64,000 nt of DNA from Candidatus Thorarchaeota archaeon. GTDB lineage: Archaea; Asgardarchaeota; Thorarchaeia; Thorarchaeales; Thorarchaeaceae. Below are positions 47,227 to 57,273 of the stretch, one piece after another. The translations under genes were made by a program, and so were the position numbers. The stretch covers positions 11,126 to 75,125 of the forward strand of contig JBHLRQ010000003.1 in assembly GCA_048882385.1 (NCBI GenBank), read 5' to 3'. How positions within the stretch are numbered: the first letter of the stretch is position 1; every line of letters begins with the position of its first letter. The notes under the pieces are model-generated. The model was given only the letters and a program-made list of their open reading frames with translations. It ran no database searches and had not been told where the DNA came from.

Positions 47227-49236
47227 GTGGATGAAGGTAGAGCGCCTAAGAAGCGTAGAGGCACATTTCTACTTTTCACCACAATTCTTGTTGTAGCGAC
47301 CATCACAGGGTTGTATGCCATTCCTCCATCTTTTACTGTTCCAGATCTTTCTGTGCGAGTAGCAGTGATTGACTCTGGCATCAATACTGATCAAGAATTA
47401 GAAACTAGAGTAGTTGCAAGTAAGAGTTTCATTAATACAACATTCGGCTATACTGGAGATGATAACTCAACTACTGACAGCAGTCCCAGTAACATTGCTC
47501 ATGGAACCTATATTGCCAAGATTATTGCCTTGGAAGCACCAAATGTAGCTATAGTGAATGCAAAGGTTGTTTCCGAGAATAATGTGGCAACACCATTAGG
47601 TATTGTTGAAGCCATTCGATGGGCAGTTCAGGAGGAGAATTGCAGCGTAATCAACCTCAGTCTTGGTTTTTCGCCAATACTTGATGATTTTGTGAGGTCT
47701 ACAATTCAATGGGCTTTTCAACATGGTGTTTCAATTGTTGCTGCTGCTGGGAATGATGGAGAAAATGGTATATCTGGAAGCTCGGTTGAGTCCCCTGCTA
47801 TATATCCTGAAGTGATTGCGGTAGGGGCACTTGACGAATCAAATTCCCTCTATTCTTTTTCATCGATAGGTCCATTGAGAAACCGCATTGTTAAACCTGA
47901 TATTTCAGCCAGTGGATTCTACAAGGACAGCAGACTGACAGTTGTTGGAACAAGTTTTGCGGCTCCTATTGTAGCAGCAGGGATAGCGCGAATTATTGCA
48001 CATTGCATTAGCAATGAATGGAGTTGGACTCCGGGAATGATAAAAGCAGCAATAATGATCAGTGCAGCTAAACTTCCATATGAAGAATGGGAGGTTGGAG
48101 CAGGTCTTTTTGATCTCGAAACCGCTTTTATCTATATCAACAATGCGCAGAAACCAGAAGGTCTTCCTCTAATCGCTGCTATAACTCCTACAGAGAGTCC
48201 TTTCTCTTTCGAGAGATATTTTATCAATCATACTACAAAGATACCTGTATCAATTTTCACTAGCAACCTTGTGACTTTCAATCTAGCTTATAGAGGCGAT
48301 GACAGTGAATGGCTTCGTGGACCATCAACAGTCACTGTGAATCAGTCAGGTATATTCACTCTTGACTTGAAAGTAGTTGCTAACAATACATTAGTGGGTC
48401 TTGAGGCTTTTATTTCTCTATATGCCTCTGGATATTTGAATATGCGATTTGAAATGGAATTTGATGCTCGAGCTGCCTACAAGGAGATTGCTTTAGATAT
48501 CAGTCATACTTCTTGGTCAATTGACTCATCGTATGGTCAGTTCCGGGAACTCTATCGAATGTTAACAAAATTTGGCATTTCTGTAGATGAACTAAGATAT
48601 CCTGAGAACCTCACAACTAGCGTTCTCTCCTCCTATGATGCAGTTTTCGTTCTTGATCCCTGCGCTTGGGATTATGTGGTTGATAATGATGGCTACTCAT
48701 TTTCGAGGACTGGAGTTTTCTCCTACAGCTCGGAAGAAATTGCGGCGTATGTTACCTACTACAATCAAGGTGGGAATCTCTTCTTCGCAGCACTATCTAA
48801 TTCGAGTATAGATCAGCAAAGTGCAAATGACTTGTTCACTCAGTTCAATCTAACCCTCAACAATGATTATGTTCCGGTAATTACGATTGCTATCAATGGC
48901 ATGGTTTCAACCGAACTGGTTACCAAAATGGTGGATCATGTCATAACTAGGAGGATTGATTCATTTGATTATAATGGATGTTCACTGAACTATACAGGCG
49001 ATGCCTATGAAATTGCATGGGTTGAGGTGATGCAACGATATGAAAATGGAACACAATATACTCAAAAAAAGACAGTTCTGGTGGCATCCGAGAATAGTCA
49101 CGGAGGCAGATTCATAGCTGCAGGTAGTAATTTCTTCTTAGATAATTGGGCTCTTAGCAACAGGTACAGATCTGACCAAAATCTCAAACTAGTATTGCAA
49201 TCCGTTTATTGGCTGTTGGACATCTTGAATGATTAG
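47227..49236 (+). CDS. subtilisin-like serine protease (peptidase S8) with N-terminal signal/anchor and long C-terminal extension
   Basis: Catalytic triad contexts VAVIDSGIN (Asp), HGTYIAKII (His) and GTSFAAPIVAAG (Ser). GTG start. Confidence 0.85.
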   Translation: MDEGRAPKKRRGTFLLFTTILVVATITGLYAIPPSFTVPDLSVRVAVIDSGINTDQELETRVVASKSFINTTFGYTGDDNSTTDSSPSNIAHGTYIAKIIALEAPNVAIVNAKVVSENNVATPLGIVEAIRWAVQEENCSVINLSLGFSPILDDFVRSTIQWAFQHGVSIVAAAGNDGENGISGSSVESPAIYPEVIAVGALDESNSLYSFSSIGPLRNRIVKPDISASGFYKDSRLTVVGTSFAAPIVAAGIARIIAHCISNEWSWTPGMIKAAIMISAAKLPYEEWEVGAGLFDLETAFIYINNAQKPEGLPLIAAITPTESPFSFERYFINHTTKIPVSIFTSNLVTFNLAYRGDDSEWLRGPSTVTVNQSGIFTLDLKVVANNTLVGLEAFISLYASGYLNMRFEMEFDARAAYKEIALDISHTSWSIDSSYGQFRELYRMLTKFGISVDELRYPENLTTSVLSSYDAVFVLDPCAWDYVVDNDGYSFSRTGVFSYSSEEIAAYVTYYNQGGNLFFAALSNSSIDQQSANDLFTQFNLTLNNDYVPVITIAINGMVSTELVTKMVDHVITRRIDSFDYNGCSLNYTGDAYEIAWVEVMQRYENGTQYTQKKTVLVASENSHGGRFIAAGSNFFLDNWALSNRYRSDQNLKLVLQSVYWLLDILND

Positions 49237-49616
49237 AGCAATGGTGCAATTTTCTCGACAGCAGTGTTTGCCGCGTATACGAGAAGACCTGTCTTTATTC
49301 CCTTGCTTGCTGCAAGTACCAAGATTGCTTTTTCACCAGCGCTTTTCATTATCATAAGACCTTTCTCGTTCGTCATAAGTATCTCTTCTAGAGTACCCTG
49401 ATCCATTCTTTCTGCAGCCAAGTCCGCAACTCCAAGAATTGACGCGGCCATAGCAGCAATCTCTGCTTCTTCAAGACCTTGGGGTACAGCTGAAGCGATT
49501 GGAAGACCTTCTTTTGATAGAAGCATCCAGGCTCGAATACCTGCAGTAAGCGCTGTGGCTTCTTCCATAATTTGTCTTAGCTTCCCTTGTAATTCTTCGA
49601 AGCTAGGATCAAACAT
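49233..49616 (-). CDS. roadblock/LC7 (MglB-like) domain protein
   Basis: 127 aa with the roadblock pattern (...AWMLLSKEGLPIASA...KGLMIMKSAGEKAILVLAA...). Confidence 0.6.
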   Translation of the reverse strand: MFDPSFEELQGKLRQIMEEATALTAGIRAWMLLSKEGLPIASAVPQGLEEAEIAAMAASILGVADLAAERMDQGTLEEILMTNEKGLMIMKSAGEKAILVLAASKGIKTGLLVYAANTAVEKIAPLL

Positions 49617-49780
49617 TATGGGTGGTCACTCCTTTCTCTCACTAGGATGGTTGTGATTTGTAGATGCGCATTAATAAAGTTTAGTTGCTGGGGCCAGTTC
49701 CATCATTCTAGAGGGCAAATGCTACATATTGATAGGGAAGGAACTTCATTATGTAGACAAAGAATACGGATGGTCATCAA

Positions 49781-50389
49781 TTGGTTCACAAACTTGGATC
49801 ACTTAGTGAGAACAATTCTACTCTTGGTTGGAAAAAAGGCGTCAGAGTACTTGGTGTGTCTGAGAGTTTTGAAAAGTCTGCATCAAAAAGCGTCCTAGCT
49901 GGCGTCATCATGCGAGCAGATATTCGAATTGATGGCTTTGGTGTATGCTTTCCAACGATTGGTGGAACTGATTCTACTACTGAGCTATTGTCGCTTTATT
50001 CAGATTTGAAGAGAGAGGATATTCGTGCCTGGATGCTTGGAGGAAGTGTTATCTCCTGGTTCAATATTATTGATATCAAAACACTACACAAGAAGACTAA
50101 GATCCCGGTTATCTGTATATCCTATCATCCTTCTGAAGGAATTGAGAAGTATTTGCATGAGTACTTTCCAGAGGATTCTAATGAACGACTCGAGCTCCTC
50201 AAATCAAGCGGTGATAGAGTTGAGGTCCAACTATCTACAGGACATTCAGTCTTTCTTATCGCAGTGGGCATAAGTGTAACGCGCGCAAGGAAACTTGTTG
50301 ACAAATTCACAATTGATGGAAGAGTTCCTGAACCCATTCGTGTTGCCCGTACAATTGCAGCTGGCCTTCAACGAACCTTGTCATTATGA
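49781..50389 (+). CDS. UPF0215/DUF99 family protein (archaeal, predicted nuclease fold)
   Basis: VRVLGVSESFEK...LAGVIMRADIRIDGFGV...IGGTDSTTEL parallels the DUF99 pattern (GhDDS.F...hhGVhhRg..hDGh....t.dG.D.Te). The family name is recalled from memory. Confidence 0.5.
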   Translation: MVHKLGSLSENNSTLGWKKGVRVLGVSESFEKSASKSVLAGVIMRADIRIDGFGVCFPTIGGTDSTTELLSLYSDLKREDIRAWMLGGSVISWFNIIDIKTLHKKTKIPVICISYHPSEGIEKYLHEYFPEDSNERLELLKSSGDRVEVQLSTGHSVFLIAVGISVTRARKLVDKFTIDGRVPEPIRVARTIAAGLQRTLSL

Positions 50390-50401
50390 GGAAACTCAAT
50401 A

Positions 50402-51064
50402 CTACTTTCTACTGATTTCATCAAGTTGAATCCCCCTCTTCTTGGCATTATTCAAATGCTCCATGTATAGTTCCCAAAATATAGATGATATAATAGGGAT
50501 GTCTAAGAGATCAAGTCTTTCATGACTGGAAAGGAAGAATTGATTGAGAACTTCTGGAGAAACTCCTGATGTTTCAAGTGCAAGAGCATGGATGAGCATG
50601 TCCAGTACATCTGCACCCATTACTATTCTACTCTCAACTGTTTTTGCTTTCTCCATTTCATCCCATAGTTCCAGTATCCAGGATTCAAAACTGGATTTTG
50701 TCTTAGCAATTTGTGAAATCGCATCTCTTTCCAGTTTTTTCTTAATCCTTGCCAAATCATCTCCCCCACTTTTTGATACTGAATGTGGTATATCAGAAGT
50801 AAGTGCTTCAGGAAGGTCATGAATCAGAGCCATAGATATGACCTTACTTTGATCAACAATCCCGTCACAATCAATCATTTCTCTCGAGATTAGCAAAGAC
50901 AGAATTGCCGTTCCATAGGAATGCTCACTCACTGATTCAGATTGTGAGTGATTTACTCCTACTAAAGCCCAACCTGTTCTATTCACTCTTTTCAAAGTTT
51001 CACTATATTTCACCAGATGAATAATTTCTTTCACAGCTTTCATTTTTTGAAGCTCCTGGCTCAC
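50402..51064 (-). CDS. HD-domain phosphohydrolase (YfbR-like 5'-deoxynucleotidase)
   Basis: ESVSEHSYGTA (His) and ALIHDLPEALTSDIP (HD) motifs. Confidence 0.7.
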   Translation of the reverse strand: MSQELQKMKAVKEIIHLVKYSETLKRVNRTGWALVGVNHSQSESVSEHSYGTAILSLLISREMIDCDGIVDQSKVISMALIHDLPEALTSDIPHSVSKSGGDDLARIKKKLERDAISQIAKTKSSFESWILELWDEMEKAKTVESRIVMGADVLDMLIHALALETSGVSPEVLNQFFLSSHERLDLLDIPIISSIFWELYMEHLNNAKKRGIQLDEISRK

Positions 51065-51120
51065 TTGTTTTCAAAAAGAGAAAAAGTGGAGGACTTGAGC
51101 CTCCATAAAACGACCAGTAT

Positions 51121-52272
51121 CTAAGGTAGAGTGCTTTCTACGATTATCGAACCATTTACAATGGCGGATCGGTAATCAATAGTTACATTCAACATGAAGT
51201 CTGTTACCCACAAATCACTTCTGAACTCTAAAAGGTCCGAGAGTTCAACACCATCATTTTCTAGATTGTATTGATCTGTGATGCCACCCTCAAATGCGAA
51301 CCATAATGTTGCATTTATCACCCTAGCAATTGCTAGATCTGAACGAGGAACAACACTAGCAACAATCCATGATGGACCTGCAGCAATGTTAATATCTGGA
51401 TTCCCAAGATAGTTCTGATCGCCCTCTGCAGCGATCACAAAGGGTTCTCTTCCAGCGATGTCAGAAAAGTATGTTGAATTCGCCCTATCCATAGCAGTTC
51501 TTACTCCCATAATGCTTCCTCGTACAGGAGCATAAATCACTGTTGCATTTCCTTGTAAAGGACTGAATATAGAATACGCTAAGGTCTCAGCGGTGGCAGT
51601 ATCATTGAAAGAACCAACATATTCTGCTGGTAATAATGTTACATTTAGGTTGTATGTCGTGTTTGCATGCTCAAGTCCCTGTATGAATCCTGCAATCAAT
51701 CCTTCTACAGTTGAATCACCCTCAACTGAACCAAGGATTCCGACAATATTACTTCTATTGACATTACCAGTAGCCAAGAAAGCAGCAATAGATCCTGCAA
51801 GAAATGCGGCTTCATGTTGAGCAAATGTTGCTGCCGCAACATTGTCTAAAGCCAATGATGGAACTCCTCCAATCAAAGCAAACTTTTGATTCGGATAATT
51901 ACCTGCAGCATCAGTTATTGCGCCACTGAGTCCATCGCCGATAGCGATGATGAGGTCGTGTGTCCCAGCTGCAGCTATACTTTCCATCGTGTCTCTCGCT
52001 TCTGCAGCAGTATTTTCAACAATGAAATCATAGTTTACAACAACGTCAACATCCTCCAAGCCCTCGTAAGCTTGGTCTGCCATGCTCAAATCTCCAAATC
52101 CTGGATCCAGAACCACGATAGCAATGTTTGAAGGAGCATACTGATTAGTTATAAAGACAAATCCGCCGACTGCGGCAAATACTAGTATCACAATGATAAA
52201 GGATGATATCACGCCTGACCTTGAGCTCAAAATCATGCCTCCGGGGTCGTTAGCCTCGATGCTTTTGACCAT
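51121..52272 (-). CDS. BMP-family (Med/PnrA-like) ABC transporter substrate-binding protein with N-terminal signal anchor
   Basis: FAQHEAAFLAGSIAA and GILGSVEGDSTVEGLIAGFIQG fit the Bmp/PnrA basic-membrane-lipoprotein family pattern. An N-terminal hydrophobic helix is present. Confidence 0.65.
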   Translation of the reverse strand: MVKSIEANDPGGMILSSRSGVISSFIIVILVFAAVGGFVFITNQYAPSNIAIVVLDPGFGDLSMADQAYEGLEDVDVVVNYDFIVENTAAEARDTMESIAAAGTHDLIIAIGDGLSGAITDAAGNYPNQKFALIGGVPSLALDNVAAATFAQHEAAFLAGSIAAFLATGNVNRSNIVGILGSVEGDSTVEGLIAGFIQGLEHANTTYNLNVTLLPAEYVGSFNDTATAETLAYSIFSPLQGNATVIYAPVRGSIMGVRTAMDRANSTYFSDIAGREPFVIAAEGDQNYLGNPDINIAAGPSWIVASVVPRSDLAIARVINATLWFAFEGGITDQYNLENDGVELSDLLEFRSDLWVTDFMLNVTIDYRSAIVNGSIIVESTLP

Positions 52273-52376
52273 AGATAAAAACTTGTTGCTCTAAGAAGGT
52301 TATACTCCATAGAAGGGTTTTCATTGGTCTTTTTGGACATGTTTCCAAATAGAGCATCAGTTATAAATACGGACGC

Positions 52377-53129
52377 ATGACTGAACACGAGCTAACAACG
52401 CAGGTGTATACAATGCCAGGAGAAACACTTGGAGAGGTAGCTGCTCTATTAGAAGAAACTCTCAAAGTGCATAGGTCTGTGAAGAATGCGGTATTATGTA
52501 CCAAAGAAGGCGTTGTCGTTGCAGCTGTAGCTCGCGATGGAGAAACAGACCCTAGGTTGGTAGCCACTGTTTCTTCAGCGCTAGTCTGGGGTGGTGCCTC
52601 TGCACTAACTCATCTCAAGGCTTCTGGTCCAACACATTTAATTCATACGACAACTATTGAACGGATTTTGACTATTGTTCAACCCCATTACCATCTTGTT
52701 GTAATAATTTCACGAGCTGATGATGCTGGATTAAACTTGGAGTCCCTAATACCTGCTTTCCAGTCACTTTCCACAAGGATGGAGCTTGTTATGGGGTCGA
52801 CAATAGCATTTGGGAAACAAACAATCTTAGGCACGATTGTTGAAGAAATTCCTGAAGTAACACAAGGCATTCTACTCACCATCGATGGCCTACCATTAGG
52901 ATCGGTAGGCTTCAAAGATGAAGTTGAAGTTGCAGCACTGGCTGGTGCACTCTTTGCCAATGGTCTGACTTATTCTGAAGTGACAAATACAATTTCTGTT
53001 GACACAACAGGAACTAGACTACTCATCACGAGAGTCGATGAATCACGTCTTCTAGCAGTAGTTTGTCAAGGTCTCAATCCTGAAGAAATGACTCAAAAAA
53101 TCAGACTACTTCTCGATGGTGTGGCTTAA
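52377..53129 (+). CDS. tandem roadblock/LC7 domain protein
   Basis: Two repeats, each with the roadblock pattern (AVLCTKEGVVVAAVA... and GILLTIDGLPLGSVG...). Its stop overlaps the convergent regulator gene by 4 nt. Confidence 0.5.
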   Translation: MTEHELTTQVYTMPGETLGEVAALLEETLKVHRSVKNAVLCTKEGVVVAAVARDGETDPRLVATVSSALVWGGASALTHLKASGPTHLIHTTTIERILTIVQPHYHLVVIISRADDAGLNLESLIPAFQSLSTRMELVMGSTIAFGKQTILGTIVEEIPEVTQGILLTIDGLPLGSVGFKDEVEVAALAGALFANGLTYSEVTNTISVDTTGTRLLITRVDESRLLAVVCQGLNPEEMTQKIRLLLDGVA

Positions 53130-53833
53130 CCACCGCCAGCTTCAGCTTTTTCGGGCTTGAATTCTGTCTCAATCCCATCGTCGTCAATGAATTGAAATTC
53201 CCAGTCTGTAAGATTAATGGTTATGAAGCAGTCTTTTCCTCTTTCAGGACAATCAATTCTAATTGTAACATGGTCTGGCGTTGTTTCTCGGATTTCTGGA
53301 TTCAAACAACCATCTTCAAGTTTTTCCATTAGAAAGAGTACATATGCTTCAGTAATTGTGTTTAGACTGCCCTTCAATAGCAATTCTCCCAAATCATCCA
53401 AATAGTGCCTTTTCTTGCGTCCCTCTCGAACCACTTTGATTAAACCGACTTCCTCCATCCTTGAGATATGCCATCTCACGGTATCATGGTGTACTCCAAG
53501 CGATTCAGCCATCTGTTCTTGGTAACAACCCGCATTATTTACTACAAAAGCAAATACTTTCTGAGCTGTGTCACTTCTCATCGTTAGGTATGCCATTTCC
53601 GCCTCTTGAGATCTTAGCATTCTTGGATAGTAGAGTCGCTTTCCAGCAAACTTGATTGATTTGACAAGCCCTTCTCTTTCTAGAATTCTTAGATGCCATG
53701 TAAGAGTGCCAAGAGGTGAAGAGAGAATATCAACTAATTCTAATAGATACGTTCCTGGATTTTCACAGAGTACCTGGTAGAGCTCACGCCTAAATGGGTG
53801 AAGAAGCAATGCCATTCTCTTTTGTCTTCCCAT
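53126..53833 (-). CDS. transcriptional regulator with two winged-helix (ArsR/MarR-like) domains
   Basis: Two repeats of the HTH-wing pattern (LELVDILSSPLGTLTWHLRILEREGLV and QMAESLGVHHDTVRWHISRMEEVGLI). Confidence 0.55.
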   Translation of the reverse strand: MGRQKRMALLLHPFRRELYQVLCENPGTYLLELVDILSSPLGTLTWHLRILEREGLVKSIKFAGKRLYYPRMLRSQEAEMAYLTMRSDTAQKVFAFVVNNAGCYQEQMAESLGVHHDTVRWHISRMEEVGLIKVVREGRKKRHYLDDLGELLLKGSLNTITEAYVLFLMEKLEDGCLNPEIRETTPDHVTIRIDCPERGKDCFITINLTDWEFQFIDDDGIETEFKPEKAEAGGG

Positions 53834-53981
53834 GGATGGGTCCTCTCAACTCTCTCAACAATCATTTGACTTCGGCGATATAATTGCTTCGCCTCAGTGT
53901 ATTCGTGCACTTGTTACCCGTACGGAACTCTTAATTACCAAACTTGATAGAAAAGCCACGTTCCTGAGGTGAAGGAGCAAC

Positions 53982-55817
53982 TTGTGCGGAATCACTGGTA
54001 TCGTTACTTACGATAGCGATCGTATTGGTGAGCTTCTCGTAAGGTGCAGTAGAAAGCTTACTTACAGGGGTTATGATTCAGTTGGTGTTGCTGCTGTTCG
54101 TGATGGAAAGGTCGATTTGAGGAAAGAGGTCGGGACTATCGATGAAGTTGATCAACTTCTTGGTCTCTCAAATATGAAGGGAGATAGAGGTATCGCTCAA
54201 CTCAGATGGGCAACTTATGGAGCACCAACCAAGATCAATGCACAACCCCACTTTGGATGTGAGGAAGTTTTCTATGGCGCCCATAATGGGAACATTCACA
54301 ACTATGTTGAATATAAACAGGAATTAATTGAAACAGGTCATATTGTTCGTTCCGAGAACGATGGTGAATTATGCGTACATGCTGTTGACAAGTATTATGA
54401 TGAAACTGGCGGCGACATGTTGGAAGCTATTCGGCTCTCAACACAAGATTTGAAGGGAGCCTATGCGTTTGCTGTAGGACGAGCCGATGAGAATGAAATA
54501 TACGCAGTTAAAATGGGATCCTCTTTAGTTGCTGGAGTTGCCAACGGAGCAACAATAGTTTCCAGTGATCTTCCATCTGTACTTCCTCTCACAAACAATG
54601 TTGTCTACCTTGCAGATGGAGAAATGTTAATTCTGACACATGATGAGGTCAAAGTTTACAACATCGAAGATGGAAAGCAACTTGACCGATCACCTGAAAT
54701 TTCCAATGTTGATGCACGAGCAGCTGAGAAGGGCGGTTATCCGCATTTCATGCTCAAAGAGATCAACGAACAACCAAAAGTTGCTCAGGATGTATTAGGG
54801 CTTCTAGAAAGTGCGAAGAGTGAGGAATGGCTACAACTCATTGAAGAAGCATCTAAGCATTATATTGTTGCGTGTGGCTCTTCATACAATGCAAGTATAT
54901 TGGGCACCTACTACTTCAACCGACTGGCAGGTATACCGATGTATCATGCTCTTGGTGGCCAGTTTCAATCACAATATGGAAATACGATGGACGATGAAAC
55001 ACTCAGCATTTTGGTTTCTCAGAGTGGAGAAACAAAGGATATTCTTAATGTTCTCAAACATGCCAAGGAGAATAATCTTGGAAAAACGTTAGGAATCCTG
55101 AATGTTATCGGAAGCACATTGATGTTTCAATCTGACTCGTATATTCCAATGGCTTGTGGGTATGAAGTCAGTGTTCCTGCAACGAAGACATACTATTCAC
55201 AGAGCATAATCTTTGCGTACTTGGCCGCAAAACTGGGAGAGCGAAATGGTACGATCGACAACTCTGAAGCAAAGCAGTTCATTGACAAGCTCCATATTGA
55301 ATTACCACGACTTACGCAGACAACGATTGATAGAACTGGTATTCTCGCCAAGAACTTGGCAAGGACCATCATGAATGTCAAGGACCTCTACTGTTTAGGT
55401 TATGGTTTCACAGACGGTGTTGCTCGGGAGGGAGCACTCAAAATAAAGGAGATTTGTTACAACCACTGCGAGGGAATGTACTCATCGGAATTCAAGCATG
55501 GACCACTTAGTATTGTTACCAAAAACTATCCAGTGATTTTTGTATCGACAACGGAAGACTCCTGGATGGTCATCAACCACATTAACGAAGTTCGAGCTCG
55601 CCATGGACGAACCATCATTGTGGGAGAGCTTGAAGAAACACTTACACCATACGTAGATGATAAGAACGACTACCTAATAGTACCTAAATCAAATGTGTTA
55701 TTGAATCCAATATTGGATGTAATTCCACTTCAACTCTTGAGTTATTTCCTTTCAGTTGATTTAGGAATCAATCCTGATTTGCCTAGGAATCTCTCAAAAA
55801 CCCTGACTGTTGACTAG
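53982..55817 (+). CDS. glmS: glutamine--fructose-6-phosphate aminotransferase (isomerising)
   Basis: Begins M-CGITGIV, where the catalytic Cys must be residue 2. The start codon is TTG followed by TGC. C-terminal tandem SIS domains are present, and the protein ends ...PRNLSKTLTVD. Confidence 0.9.
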   Translation: MCGITGIVTYDSDRIGELLVRCSRKLTYRGYDSVGVAAVRDGKVDLRKEVGTIDEVDQLLGLSNMKGDRGIAQLRWATYGAPTKINAQPHFGCEEVFYGAHNGNIHNYVEYKQELIETGHIVRSENDGELCVHAVDKYYDETGGDMLEAIRLSTQDLKGAYAFAVGRADENEIYAVKMGSSLVAGVANGATIVSSDLPSVLPLTNNVVYLADGEMLILTHDEVKVYNIEDGKQLDRSPEISNVDARAAEKGGYPHFMLKEINEQPKVAQDVLGLLESAKSEEWLQLIEEASKHYIVACGSSYNASILGTYYFNRLAGIPMYHALGGQFQSQYGNTMDDETLSILVSQSGETKDILNVLKHAKENNLGKTLGILNVIGSTLMFQSDSYIPMACGYEVSVPATKTYYSQSIIFAYLAAKLGERNGTIDNSEAKQFIDKLHIELPRLTQTTIDRTGILAKNLARTIMNVKDLYCLGYGFTDGVAREGALKIKEICYNHCEGMYSSEFKHGPLSIVTKNYPVIFVSTTEDSWMVINHINEVRARHGRTIIVGELEETLTPYVDDKNDYLIVPKSNVLLNPILDVIPLQLLSYFLSVDLGINPDLPRNLSKTLTVD

Positions 55818-55818
55818 G

Positions 55819-56232
55819 CTACTCCTTAGCGCCTCCAGATTCCCCAATTCTCAAAGCTCTCATAGCATCAGATGTAACTGATCCTGAATCAAACCCGTCT
55901 CTAATGTCTACTAAATCCGCATCACTGATTTCCATAACATTGAGGAGTTCATGACGGTCATCTAGAGTCCATTGGCCATAGACAGATAGACCATTCTCAG
56001 TTTCACATTCGAGAAGTCCGATGGTTCCTGTACTAGTCCACCAACTAAGGCACTTGACTGTATGTCCTAAGTCTGCAAGCATCTCAGTCCATAATTGCTT
56101 CAAACGAGTTGGTCCATACTTGTTTCGAAAAGCTATCAAATAGTTTCCTTTGTTTCCTTTCAACTTTTGATTGATGACATCAATCTCCTCTTCAGAGAAA
56201 AGTTTCATAAAACTCACAAATTGAGAGAACAT
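55819..56232 (-). CDS. hypothetical protein
   Basis: 137-aa ORF between glmS and the ATP-grasp gene. No confident motif. Confidence 0.3.
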   Translation of the reverse strand: MFSQFVSFMKLFSEEEIDVINQKLKGNKGNYLIAFRNKYGPTRLKQLWTEMLADLGHTVKCLSWWTSTGTIGLLECETENGLSVYGQWTLDDRHELLNVMEISDADLVDIRDGFDSGSVTSDAMRALRIGESGGAKE

Positions 56233-56261
56233 AAAAGCTCCTCGTTATGGATAAAGATTGA

Positions 56262-57173
56262 GTGGTTTTATTGGAATCAAAAGGTATACCAAAGATTGGA
56301 CTCTTCTCTTCCGATCCTTGGTCAAGAAGAGCTCAGGGTCTTGAAACCGCATTTCGAAACCTTGGAATAGATGCCATGCAAGTGATTCCTTGGAAAGTTT
56401 CCAGATGGGGGAGCACAGAAAAGCATGAAATCATTCAAGACAAAACTGATCTCTCAAAACTGGGATTGCTCTTTGTACTAGATATTGGTGCAAATGATAT
56501 TGGTACATTCTTCAATCGTGTTGGTCTATTGTCGGCACTCACAGAGATGGGTGTCATCGTTGTGAACTCTGTATCATCAATTCTTCTTATGAGAAATAAA
56601 GCTGAAACCATGAGACGGCTGATTTCAGCTGGATTACCAGTTCCTGAAACCCTTATCACTGAATCGATAGATGATGCTGCGGAATTTGTAAGAAGGCACT
56701 TCCCTTGCGTATTAAAACCAATCACAGGATTTGGGGGTATAGGAGTTCAACTGATAGAACGCGAGTTTGATTTGGAAAACATCTATGACTATCTGAAATT
56801 TCATAGTCAGATGTTTGGTAAAGGAGCGTATCTTCTTCAGGAGTATGTCAAGAGTCCTGGCTATGATATTCGCGCTTTGGTTCTAGATGATGAAGTGATA
56901 ACGACAATGCGGCGTGTTGGCGGTGAAGGAATCACAACAAACATTCATAGTGGAGGTGTACCAAAGAAAAACACGACAGATGTCAGTGATCTTTCAATTC
57001 GAGCTGCTAAGTCAGTCAAGGGACGTCTTGTTGGAGTTGACATCATACCTGATGAAGATGAAAAACTATGGGTACTTGAGGCGAATGCCACTCCTGGATG
57101 GAACGGGCTTCAACAGGTGACTAATTTTGATATCTCCAGTCGTATTGCTCAGTCTCTAGCAGAAACCTTTTAA
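56262..57173 (+). CDS. ATP-grasp ligase, RimK/alpha-L-glutamate-ligase family
   Basis: RimK-like organisation (...VLKPITGFGGIGV..., ...LVGVDIIPDEDEKLWVLEANATPGW). Confidence 0.7.
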   Translation: MVLLESKGIPKIGLFSSDPWSRRAQGLETAFRNLGIDAMQVIPWKVSRWGSTEKHEIIQDKTDLSKLGLLFVLDIGANDIGTFFNRVGLLSALTEMGVIVVNSVSSILLMRNKAETMRRLISAGLPVPETLITESIDDAAEFVRRHFPCVLKPITGFGGIGVQLIEREFDLENIYDYLKFHSQMFGKGAYLLQEYVKSPGYDIRALVLDDEVITTMRRVGGEGITTNIHSGGVPKKNTTDVSDLSIRAAKSVKGRLVGVDIIPDEDEKLWVLEANATPGWNGLQQVTNFDISSRIAQSLAETF

Positions 57174-57273
57174 GAGAGCACTTGGGGTGGCCACATGTTC
57201 ATGCACCCTTTGGGTGACGAAATCCGTCCTGCTAAGCAGGGCCAGCAAAACGAAATTCTGAGGTTTACAACCT

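Noticed and set aside
53834-53981. Possible glmS ribozyme in the 5' leader of glmS
   Set aside because: The glmS ribozyme is restricted to certain bacteria, mainly Firmicutes. The 148-nt leader here shows none of the conserved core and is not GC-structured.
57217-57262. C/D-box sRNA
   Set aside because: The candidate C box (GUGACGA) deviates from RUGAUGA, and no convincing D'/C' pair or k-turn arrangement is present.
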